A DNA stretch of 64,000 nucleotides from contig MU058475.1 of NCBI GenBank assembly GCA_013265495.1, positions 1-64,000 on the forward strand, given 5' to 3'. The stretch is from Vicugna vicugna (Eukaryota). How positions within the stretch are numbered: the first letter of the stretch is position 1; each line of letters opens with the position of its first letter. A program made the position numbers and the translations under genes. The notes under the pieces were generated by a model. The model was not told where the DNA came from. It saw only the letters and a list, made by a program, of their open reading frames with translations, and made no database searches. This document shows, one piece after another, positions 54,121 through 64,000 of this stretch.

Positions 54121-54559
54121 AAAATAAAAAGAAGACATAGAACTTGGAAAAAAGGGTTTTAATTTTGAGAAAGACTAATTTACCTATTTCTCTTGTGGCT
54201 TGTGCCTTCCTTTGGTGTATAGTTTCTTAGATGTAAGAAATAAGATACAAGAAACTATCACCTATTCCAAGGGCACAAAGATTTACTGTTATATTTCTTC
54301 TACGATCTTTATAATTTAAAATTTTGCATTTAGATTTACGATTGATTCTGAGCTAATTTTGTGTTGGTGTAAGGTAGGGGTCCAACTTCATTCTTTTGCA
54401 TGTGGCTCTCCAAAAGTCTTGGCACTTTTGTTGAAAATCAATGGACCATCAATCAATCAAGAAGTCCACTCGGCACAAGCTACTCCGAGTAGAATTATAG
54501 TCCCTAGGGTGAGACATGGGACACGTCTGACAAATTCCTGCCTTAAAGAGATGCTGGGA

Positions 54560-54780
54560 GGGCCTCTAAAATGCTGGGCACCTGAGAACCTTACAAACAT
54601 CATTTCACGTCATCCTCAGGGCACGCTCCCGAAGGCAAATACTGTTATCCTCTCCTACAGAGGAGGAAACTGAGGCACAGAGATGTTAAGGGTTTGGGCA
54701 AAGCCATTCAGCTGGTCAGAGGGGAGCCAGGAATTGAGCCCAGCAGTTTGGCTCCCGGGTCTGAGCTCCCAACCACCACA
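54560..54780. mobile_element. MIR SINE
   Basis: acagaggaggaaactgaggcacagagatgttaag core motif. Confidence 0.75.
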
Positions 54781-55226
54781 CTAGGTATAGAGCCTAACAC
54801 TGTCCCTGCCGTATCTTTTGTTTTTTTTCATTTGAAGTACAGGAGTTACAATGTGTCAATTTCTGGTGTACAGCACGATGTCCCAGCTGTGCATACACAT
54901 ACATATATTTGTCTTCACATTTTTTTCATTAAAGGTTATTACAAGATATTGAACATAGTTCCCTGTGCTGTACAGAAGAAACTTTTCCCCTGCCATGACT
55001 TGAGTTCTCAAAAAGACAAAAAAGCTCCCATTGGTTGTAAAATGAGAATAGATTTAAGATGACACATATGCACGTGCTGCTTTATGGGCTCCAACGAGCT
55101 GATCCGCCGAGCCGTCGTGAAAGGCGGCGCGTAGGACCTGGGCTCTGCGGGTTTCCTCGCGGCAACGTCTGTGATGTGACGGAGGACGTCCATTTGTGGA
55201 AGTTTCTGTTGGCGGAGAAGCCTTAC

Positions 55227-55810
55227 CCGGAAGAACAGATTTCTGGTTCAATCTTAAATCAGCAACAAGGCTGAGAGAGTAAAGTAGGTTTGCTGCTGTT
55301 GAGGCTTCCTCAGTCCCATGGAAGGTTTAGTCCATCTATTTCTGGAGAGGTTTAGCGCACAGGAACCCACACCCTCACAGGCATGTGCGCACGGAATGCA
55401 CGGTCCTGCGTGCCCAGCTCCGGGAAGCTGCCTTGCCCTCGAGACACTTTGCTATTTAGAAGGGAAAAGCAACACGTGGAAATAAACCTTCAGGCGGCAG
55501 AGGATCTGTCTGCAGGATATTGCTGCCATCCTGATATTCAGGAACTGAAGATGCTCTAAAATAGCACAGGCGGGTAATTGCTGCCTTCGAAAGAGAAGGC
55601 AGCAAGAACTCCAAAGAATGCAAAGCAAGTTTGCTTCCACCCAAGTCAGGTGGATGCAGACAATAAATCTGCACCCAACATAAACATCAGTGTGAATTAC
55701 TCTGGGGCAGCATGCTGGGAGTACGGACCCTAAAGAAAACACCCGCCTTTGTGACATGATCTCCGCGGCTTCTGCACAATGTTCGGTCCGTGCCAAGAGG
55801 AAAGCCAGCC
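55227..55810 (-). pseudogene. Cluster of three candidate exons (55810-55747, 55555-55488, 55270-55227)
   Basis: Acceptors ctctctag, tattttag and ctctctcag. Donors AAG|gcgggt, AAG|gtttat and CGG|gtaagg. Phases 2-0, 0-2 and 2-1 chain. The last exon is open only in the chained frame (LVADLRLNQKSVLP). Confidence 0.55.
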
Positions 55811-56518
55811 CTAGAGAGGGTCATGTTCATAAGACACCTGGATTGGTTTCCCATCGCTGCTGTACAAATTACCCCAAACTTAGCGGTTTCGACAATACAA
55901 AACCTACCGTTTGACATCAGTGGAGGTCAGAAGTCTGAAGCGGGTCTCAAATCAAGATGTCAACAGGGCAGTGCCTTGGGGCATGCGCCCTCCCCTCCTG
56001 CCTGGACGTCCCTCCTTGAAGTTGCCCTGAAAGCACTCGGAAGAGAGCGGCAGGCAGGTGGCCTTGGACCTGGCCCTTCCTCTTAATGAAGTGTGACGGG
56101 CCCTCCCAGTAACATCTGCAGTTCCCCTCGCCCCAGCTGAGGCCAGGCAGATGTCAGAGCATCAGTCCTCACAATGTTCTCACAAATGATCGTCTTGGTT
56201 TAGTGACAAGGTAGTGGAGGCCTGGAGGGGTGATGTGAATCTCCTAAGGCCACACATCTGGGGAGTGACCTCTAGGATTCATGACCATCAGACTCAGAGT
56301 CTGCTCCCAAAGGCCTCCAGGAAGCCGGGTCGTGACTGGCGGGACCACAGAGGTGTCACGGGCCAGGACCCCTGCTCCCGGGGTGGTTTCTTGTGCATCT
56401 TACTTTCTTTAGGGCAGGGGAGATGTCTCCTCTTCCTTTGCTGTCTTCCCTAGTGGCCAGCGGAGTGCTACGTACACAGTAAGTGCCCAGTAAGTGTCTG
56501 TCACCTTGCCTTACCTAC

Positions 56519-56617
56519 CTCTGATATAAATCCCGCGTCTCTCCCGAGAGCACACAGTTCCCTGTGGGGTCAGCACTCATGAAGCCCTAGCCTGGCGCAT
56601 CCTCGGCAGGGCCCCAC
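56519..56617 (-). pseudogene. Candidate exon (99 nt)
   Basis: cctaac branch point, pyrimidine tract, ttttacag| ... GAG|gtaggt; chained frame WGPAEDAPG*GFMSADPTGNCVLSGETRDLYQ. Confidence 0.6.
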
Positions 56618-57079
56618 CTGTAAAAGGTCCAAAGCAGAAGGCAGAGTTAGGATACCTTCCTCTGTTTCACAACAGTCTTGTCTCTTAAGACTCTTGGTGC
56701 TTTGAGCCAAGATTCCTTTCCCTTTAATACAGAAGCTTCTGGAACCCATGCGCTGCACACGTCCTTCAGATGTGCCTTCTGTCCTGATTCCAAGAGGGAG
56801 ACCTCAAGCCCAGGTGGTACAGCCCTTTTGTGCCCACAGAGGAGGGGGCTGGTGACAAGCAGGTGCGGCTGGCGGCCAGTCACCACCGACCTCCCCAAAG
56901 GTGAAGGCGGAGCTCAGCCAGGACGGCAAAGCCGGCCACCTTCAGACTGACGGGGGCCAGGAATCCAGCATCGCCTAGACTGGCCTCTCCTGCAGGAGCC
57001 AAGACCAGGTTTCTCACAGTCCTGCGGCCAAGGCAGCGCCTCGTGTGTCCTTCTCCGTGGCTCAAACAGCCCAGCCTGC

Positions 57080-57440
57080 TGGGACTTACGGAGGCTTCAT
57101 CATGTAGGCGTGATCGATCATTAACTCTGTTTATGGATGATGGGGCAGGGAGGGGGCCTGAAAATTCCAAGTTTCTAATCCTGGCTTGTTCTTGCTGGTG
57201 ACCAGCCCACATCCAGGAGCCATTCAGAAGCCCACCCAGAAATCACCTCATTAGAACAAAAGACGCTCCTATCACCCAGGAAATCCCTAGGGTGTCAGGA
57301 GTGTCCGAAACAGAGGTCAAAGCCCACTATTATAACAAGACATGCCCCTCGTGCTCTTATCATTTGCAAAATTCCAAGGGTTTTAGGAGCTCTGTGCCAG
57401 GAACCCGGGGCAGAGACCAATACATACATTTTCTATTACC
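57080..57440 (-). mobile_element. MER21-like LTR fragment
   Basis: ctcattagaacaaaagacgctcctatcacccagg; aattccaagggttttaggagctctgtgccaggaacc. Confidence 0.7.
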
Positions 57441-57619
57441 TTACACAACCCGAAAGAGCTTCTGTTGCCAACTCCAGAACGATTTGAGCAACAGAATAAA
57501 TAAGACAGCATTGGATTATGACCCAAGGTGTAACAAGGCATACGTGAACCCACACTGATGTAAATGATGATTGAAGAAGTAAATAAACGGGCGAGAAGAG
57601 GCAGCTTCTCCTCACAAAG

Positions 57620-58460
57620 GATTCCAAACACCACATGGACATGCTTCGCACTCCAGGGGGGTGCTTAGTCCCCACTCCTTTAAGCTCTGAGCCCAGACTC
57701 TGAAGAATATTGCAGGGAAAGTGAATATAGTAACTCAGAGTGGAGAAACCTGACAGAGACCCCCTCAGCCACGAGATGAAGGTTAAGGTCACCAGGGGTG
57801 CCACGGGGGGCGCATGTGCCCCCCTATGTGATGCGAGGCGAAGGGCACTTTGCCTCTTTAGTATTCTTTCTGAAAACCCATAACCCCAATCTGATCATGA
57901 GAAAAACACCGGAGAAACACAGATTGAGGGACCTTCTCCCAACTGCCTGACTGGTACTCCTCCAAACGTCAAGATCGGGAGGGGACAGCTCAGTGGCAGA
58001 GGCGTGCTTAGCGTGCACGAGATCCTAGGTTCAATCCCCAATGCTTCTATTTTTTAAAAAAGTAAATAAAGTTAATTACTTCCTCCCCCTAAAAAAAGTT
58101 AAAAAAGTTATTTTTTAATTTAAAGAAAATTTTTAAAAAGAAAAAAAAGCTGTCAAGGTCACAAAAAACAAGACTAAGAAACTGTCACAGACCAGAGACG
58201 ATAAACATGAAACTAAATGCAACGTGGGGTCCATGGGATCCTGGAACAGGAGGACGCCAACGAGAAAACAGGCGAAACCCAAATTCAGCCTGGAGTGTAG
58301 TTCGTAGAAACGCACCCAGGCTGGTTCCTCAGAGCGACAGCTGTCCCAGGTGATGGAAGGTGGGACAGTGGGGGAACTGGGGGGGCCGATGGATGGGAGT
58401 CTATGTATTCCCCTGGCAACTCTTCTGCAAATCCAAAATTTTTCCGAAATAAATTTACTT
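57620..58460 (+). mobile_element. L1MC/L1MD-like 3'UTR with nested SINE (~57975-58140)
   Basis: aaaacccataaccccaatctgatcatgagaaaaacacc; caactcttctgcaaatccaaaatt. Confidence 0.65.
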
Positions 58461-59235
58461 TTGAAAAATCTCTGAGATTTTAAATAACAGCTCCTTCACG
58501 CAGTCACCAAACACATATATTGCAGTTGCTCCATTCAAGACACTATTCTAAGCATCGCACGAACATCAATTCGTCCCTCTGACACTGTTGTGGCCACGTC
58601 TGGTCCCAGCCGGCCGGAGAGAGGACAAAGGACAGCCCCTACACTAAAAGGTCAGAGACCTGGGCACCACAAGCCAGGGAGGACAGTTTCTCTGGGGTGG
58701 GGGGATGTGGGGGAAATCTGCCAGCACTGACCACAGGCCAAGGGGGCATTCAGGAGCCCAGTGTGTCCGGAGCTGGGAACAGAAGGGCAGGCAGGACTCC
58801 AGAGACGGGGCAGAGGGCCCCTGGAGGTGACTTGCTGCCCTTTGTTTTACAGATGCTAAAGATAAGACCAGGGTTGGTGGGGAGGACCGACTCACAAGGG
58901 ACTGTCCCCGGGAGCGAGGGAGAAGAGCCGAGATGCCCAGCCCGTCGCTCCCTGGGGGCTGTGCCCCCATCTGTGTCTCCCTGACGGGAGGTGGGATCTC
59001 TGTCCCCAGGAGGTGGGGCCACCCAGGGCTGTGAAAGCGCAAATGAGGTTGGCAGCCAGGCTGCCTGCTTTGGGGGATGCTTGCTGTGAAAAAGTCTGGA
59101 GCCCTCACCCTGTGCCGCCCCGGATGGAGGGGGTCTCACCAAGGGGTCAGGTTAGGGGTCAGGGTGGGATACCCTGGGCATGGCACAGCTGCTCCTGTGG
59201 CTCCTGCTTCAGGCCTCTGGGGACCAGGTCCTCAC

Positions 59236-59337
59236 CTGCGTGTTCCTGCCAAGCTCAGGAGCGATGGGGGTGCGCAGAGCTCATGGAGAACTCTGTGCAG
59301 GCTTCCAAGAGCAAGGCAAGCTGCACTGAGTCAGCTT
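59236..59337 (-). pseudogene. Candidate exon (102 nt)
   Basis: ttgcatcttcag| ... GCAG|gtgagg; length is a multiple of 3; one TGA in the chained frame. Confidence 0.55.
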
Positions 59338-59558
59338 CTGAAGATGCAACTTAAAGACGTCGCTGGGAGCTGCTGTCCTGCGTCAGGACTGCTTTTAAAT
59401 GTTTGCTCGTTGATTGGGTAAAATCTGAATTTCCCCTTGGACACTGCAGCTCTTGTCAGCCTTTGTTTATACGTAATTCATTCTTTGCAGCTATTGAAGC
59501 CGAAGAAGCCTGGAAATAAAGTTTGAAACAAAGTTTAAAGAAGTACTTTGTAAATAAC

Positions 59559-59606
59559 CATCATCATCATCATCATCGTCATCATCATCATCATCATCAT
59601 CATCAT
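59559..59606. repeat. (CAT)n microsatellite
   Basis: Direct observation, one interruption. Confidence 0.95.
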
Positions 59607-59659
59607 CTGGGCCGGCCTTGGCTCTGAGCCCCGGAGAGGCAGAGGGCAGGCTTGCTCAC

Positions 59660-59692
59660 CTGGATGAAGGCAGTGGGTGAGGGGGCCACGTC
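59660..59692 (-). pseudogene. Candidate exon (33 nt) of the putative pseudogene
   Basis: actgaccggcactttcag| ... CAG|gtgagc: branch-like ctgac, good acceptor and strong donor. Confidence 0.55.
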
Positions 59693-60906
59693 CTGAAAGT
59701 GCCGGTCAGTCCTGGGCACCTCAGCGGCAACGCTGCACAGCTTTTCCCCTTCGACAGTCATTGTCAAATAGTGTGTGAGCAGGGGCAGGACCAGAAGAAT
59801 GTGCATCCTCCCCTCCCTGAAGCTCGGCCACCCAGGGCCCTGCCTGGAAGCCAGGGGGCTCTGTTCCCTGGACAGGGCCCCTCACCCTCGCCTCCAGGGC
59901 AGCGTGGTCCCAGTTTCCAAAACTGACTCCCCCGTAGAGCTGTGGCATTACCGCCCCAGTAAAGAAGCCTATGTGTTACCAGGAAGAGGAAGCAGTGAAG
60001 CCCCCGTCAGCCGTGAACTTGGTTAATTCATGGAATAGAAACCAGCCACTGGGTGGGGGGCTGGGGGGGCAGCCGAGCAAGGTGGGCTCAGGGACAGTCA
60101 GGGGACAGCAAGAAAAGGCACCTTCATCCAAGGCCTGGAGGAGGTGGGGGGCCTGCCCTCCCGGCCAGGCTGGAGGACCCCCAACAGAGTTCAAGTTCAG
60201 GGACAAATTCCCTTCACAGACTGGACTGGGCCCCTCCCTCTGAGGCTCCCCCTCGGCTGCAGGAGTCCCGGGACCTAATAATACACACAAATCAGAGCGC
60301 GGGCTGCAGGCCCTGGCCATGCAAGGAGAAGGGGAAAGCTGACGCCAGCCCGGCCTGTCCCCACCGGCCTTGCCCTAAAGCAGCAGGGCGCCCGGCCTTG
60401 GAGCGAGGCCGCCCCCCTCGCTGTGCCAGCGGCACCCTATATCGAGAGAATGAGCGCGCTGGGGGGAATGGCAGGCATGCGGCCCAGCTGTCACTGTGAG
60501 CCCGGCCCAGGAAGGCCACTCTCTCCGCACACCCCCCTTTCTGCCCCAGGCTGCGGTCCAGACCCAGCTCCTGGGGCTCACAGCCTAGATGGTACCCGTG
60601 AAATGAAAAACCAGGTGCATAGAGCCATGGGAGGCCACTTAGAAGAGAGAAAAGCGAAAACCTGCTACGGGAGGTGGTGGCTTTTGAGCTGACTGCCTGG
60701 GGGGGACCTGGGCCGGCCGTGACCCCTTGGCCTTTCGCCCAGGAAGGAGCCTGAGCCCCGTGTTTCCAGGCTGGCCCGCCGTCGGCACCGCCACACCCGG
60801 CCCCGGGCAGCCCCTCCAGAGAAATGACATGCTAGGCATGCAGGCTTCTTAGCGCAGCAGCAGCCTGAGACATCGCATGCACGTTTCAGCCTTGTTTTTC
60901 AAACCT

Positions 60907-60916
60907 CCAAAATAGG
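60907..60916. promoter_or_regulatory. Perfect CArG box CCAAAATAGG
   Basis: Matches CC(A/T)6GG; function unproven. Confidence 0.35.
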
Positions 60917-63900
60917 AAAACCAGCTTTTTTCCTGGAGCCGGCTACTCCTCAGGGGAAGGAAGGCCGTCTGGCCCCAGCTCAGTGGGCAGAGACTCACTG
61001 CTGGGCCAGCAGCTCCCAGCGAGCCAGCCCTGGGGGAGGAACGACGCGGCTCTGGGGTCCCCTTGGGGGTGGGCGAGGCGAGACCCAGGCCAGGCCCTGC
61101 GGACCCTGGGAGAGTGTCCCAGCAGTCTCAGGCCAGGCCGCCTCGCCCTGGGGCCGCACCTGGCTGGCTGCCGGGGGCCGTGGAAGGAGCCCGCAGGCTT
61201 CCAGGAGCTGGGCCGCTGGAAAGCAAGGAAGGCAGGAGGGGCGGGGCACAGTGCCGAGCCAGGGGCCCCAGGCACTGAGAGGCCCCCGGGAGGATGGGGC
61301 TAGGCTCCAGCTACAGTGCTCGGAGAGTCGGGGGCCGGGTGGGGGGGCAGGGCGGAGAGGATGCCTGTGCTCTGAGCCTGGCTGGCCCCATGCGCGTCCC
61401 TGGCAGGGTCTGGGTGCCCTTTTTCGTCCCTCAGGGCCCACCGCAGCCGCTCTTGGCTTTAAAGTTTGGGTTTCAAGCCGTGCTTGCTTGCCCAAGGAGG
61501 AAGGGGAAAAACCATGACGGCCACTGGTCCGTGTCCCTCTGTTTCCTTCTAGGGTCAGGCGGAGCGTGTGAAGGCGAGGACAGCTGCCTGCCCCGGAGTC
61601 CCCAGGAACGCGAGGCTGTGCCAGTGGCCAGGCGCCTGCTCCCGCGGGCGTGACCCTCGGGGCGCTCAGAGCTGCTCGGGGTCAGGGTCAGCCTGTCCAG
61701 GCGCAGCCTCCATGCGCGCGGGCAGGCCCGGGCACGGCCACTGAGCTCCTGCTCTGAACATCGGAGGAGAGACGCATGCTTCCCCTCTGCCAGGCCCAGG
61801 AGCCGGGGGAGGACGGCAGGACCGGCGTCCGCCCCCAGGCACAGTGGCTCTAGTGTCCACCCCTCGGCATGGTGACTAGGGTTGCTGCTCCCAGCCCACC
61901 CAGGTCCTCCCAGCAGGAGAAAACCTCACCCCCTCTTCTGAGGGCCTGTAAGTCACCAGGATTGACACAGCGATAGTCTGTGATTTGATGCAAACAAGTC
62001 AATTTCAGGAGCCGGGTCTCAAACAGCAGCTCTGATTCAGATGCACCAAATACCCAAGTGGTTGCAAGTGCGGAACCTCAGAGGAGCAAGTCACCTGGGG
62101 TATGAGCCAAGATGTTTTCTTTTCCTAGGTGTGGGCTCAGCCCCAGAGGGGCCCAAAGACACATGGCCTTTGATCCCTGCCCATGATCAGAAAGGCCTGC
62201 GTACCCCTCACAGACCAAGGAAAGAGCGACTGTAACTCTCCAGGAGGCACTGGGGAGGGGGGCGGGGCAGAGCTCTTCTCAACATACAGCAAGAGGAAGA
62301 ACTGAGCCTACAGGCCCCGTCTCAGCACAGCTAGTGTCTGCTCGGGTGGCTGAAACCCTCCACCCCTGCAGGGCTGGACCCCTCTCCCCTCTCGCTGAAG
62401 GAGGAGGGGAAAAGACAGACAGTTTGCAGAAGGCGAGGTGTCTGGGCTCGCGGGGAGGCAGCTCCGCCACCTGACCCCCGTCCCAGGCTCCTGAACTGGT
62501 TTCCGATCATCTGTTACCCGCCCCCTCCGTGGTAGCAGCAGCCTTCCCGCTGTCTGCTGGGGGCTCGCTATGCCGGGTGTCACACTGAAGTGCCTATTAG
62601 CACAGCTTCCAGCCCCTCCTGCAGCTGCCGCCGCTCGGTGCCAAAGCCAGGCTGTTGTTCTGGTTGAGTTTACTCTTGTTCGGGGGCTGGCAACGCTTCA
62701 CACCCTGTGCAGCAGCCACTTAAAGTTCCTGCTTATGAAAAAGGCGAAAATCTCCTCATAAGAGAGAGGGATCGCTTCATAATTCCTGCTTAGACCACGA
62801 CATCATTCCCCTGGTCCTCATTCTGCCGCCAGATTCCCCTCCACCACTGGGACGCTTATTTAACTCACCAGATATGAGCAGGCGCTGATATAAAAATAGA
62901 GGCAGGCGGTGGGAGCTGGCACCTGACTCACCGTGTGGCAGGCGGCAGGGCTGGGCAGACAGCTGCAGCCTTCTCCTCTCCCCCTCCCCCTCCTCTGCCC
63001 CCACCAGTCCCCTCAGAGCAGACACTGGATAAAGCAGTGCTATTTGAGGCAAGTTTCTTCAAGGCTCATTTATCATTTACGATTTCCCTGCTTCAGGGCC
63101 TGATCTGGGAGGAAAACAGCACAAACTCTCATTCCCCTGTGGTCGTTAAGGACTTTCTGCAGAGAGCATTCTAGCTCCCTGCCAGCTCATGGCGGGAACG
63201 GGCTGAGAGGAGGCGAAAAGGCTGCAGCCCACGTCTGGCTCCCACTGCAGGGCCCAGGCTGCGCCCCTCCCAGAGCCAGGACTGCTTTGCACCCCCCTCC
63301 GCCTGGGACCGCCGGTCTGCCTGTCCCCACACCAGCCACAGCTCACAAGCTCTGGGCGCCCTTGTTTCAGGGACCATCTGAAGGTGAGTCAGAGACCCGA
63401 GTCCTCCCTCTTGCCCCAGCAATGCTGGTTCTCGCTCTCTCTGCTTAAAACAGTCCCATGGCTTTCCATCACTCTTAGAATCAAGGGAAAATGTAGGCTC
63501 AGCTGTGAAGGGTCTTCAGGCTGGTCTGCCTCCCCCTGCATCTTCACTCGACACCGCCCTACCCCACCCTCACTCCCCCAGTCCCACCCACCTCTCTGCA
63601 GGGTGTGAACCTCCAGCCCACCTGGCCTGGCAGGAGCGGCTCCCTCCCCACTTCACCTGCTCACTCAATGCGCTTGCTCACGGAACTCCTCTCCTGACCC
63701 TTGGCTTCCTCTATATCGCCGTCACACCCCACGCCTCTCCTGTAACGCATGCTAAGCGTACAGACTAACATTGATTCACATGGTTATTGGATGAATTCTG
63801 TCTCCCGCCCTGCATTGTAGGCTCCCTGAGGCTGAGACCTGGACTCTCTGGTTCACCTTTTGTTTTAGCAAATTGTTGGACGGCTGCAGGGTGTGCCAAC

Positions 63901-64000
63901 GAGCAGGGCAAGAGTGGAGTGACAGAGCCCCAGATGCTTTTAGAAACTGAGCTAGAGAAGAACCCAGACTAGATTTTGGATGTCTTGACCCCTCCACCTG

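Larger units (their letters stand above)
37180..61029 (-). pseudogene. Putative multi-exon unitary pseudogene (about 14 exons, ~385 codons, unknown protein)
   Basis: AG/GT-bounded segments at 61029-60999, 59939-59886, 59692-59660, 59337-59236, 56617-56519, 55810-55747 (GC donor), 55555-55488, 55270-55227, 42813-42734, 41157-40992, 40476-40430, 40205-40104, 37786-37649 and 37538-37405. Intron phases chain with one inferred frameshift. AATAAA at 37185-37180. All exons lie in non-repeat sequence. Confidence 0.6.

Noticed and set aside
55227..59337. In-frame TGA codons as selenocysteine
   Set aside because: TAG and TAA stops and a frameshift also occur and no SECIS was identified; ordinary decay explains them.
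1..64000. Prokaryotic systems (CRISPR arrays, operons, phage)
   Set aside because: The sequence is mammalian; no repeat-spacer arrays or dense ORF clusters were seen.

Overview
Mammalian nuclear DNA. It is most likely camelid, judging by many tRNA-derived Vic-1-like SINEs and camelid-type L1 tails. The only recognisable intact gene is the 5' end of CCSAP on the minus strand: CpG-island promoter, a non-coding exon 1 ending at 12352, and a first coding exon at 11953-11572. Its remaining exons lie left of the window. By mammalian synteny (RAB4A-CCSAP-ACTA1-NUP133) the rest is the CCSAP-ACTA1 interval, heavily filled with L1, MaLR/MER21 LTRs, SINEs, a CR1 remnant and one assembly gap. Reading splice signals by eye gives the main finding: a chain of about 14 small, largely phase-compatible minus-strand exons from ~61.0 kb to ~37.4 kb, followed by a polyA signal. 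They splice into a ~385-codon reading frame broken by stops and a frameshift, i.e. an apparent unitary pseudogene of a protein I cannot identify. Other findings are an apparent loss of the ancestral CCSAP start codon with a new upstream ATG, a 1.8 kb TSD-flanked retrocopy inside an L1, and orphan CpG islands with promoter or enhancer motif clusters. Repeat boundaries and subfamily names are eyeball estimates; no searches were run.
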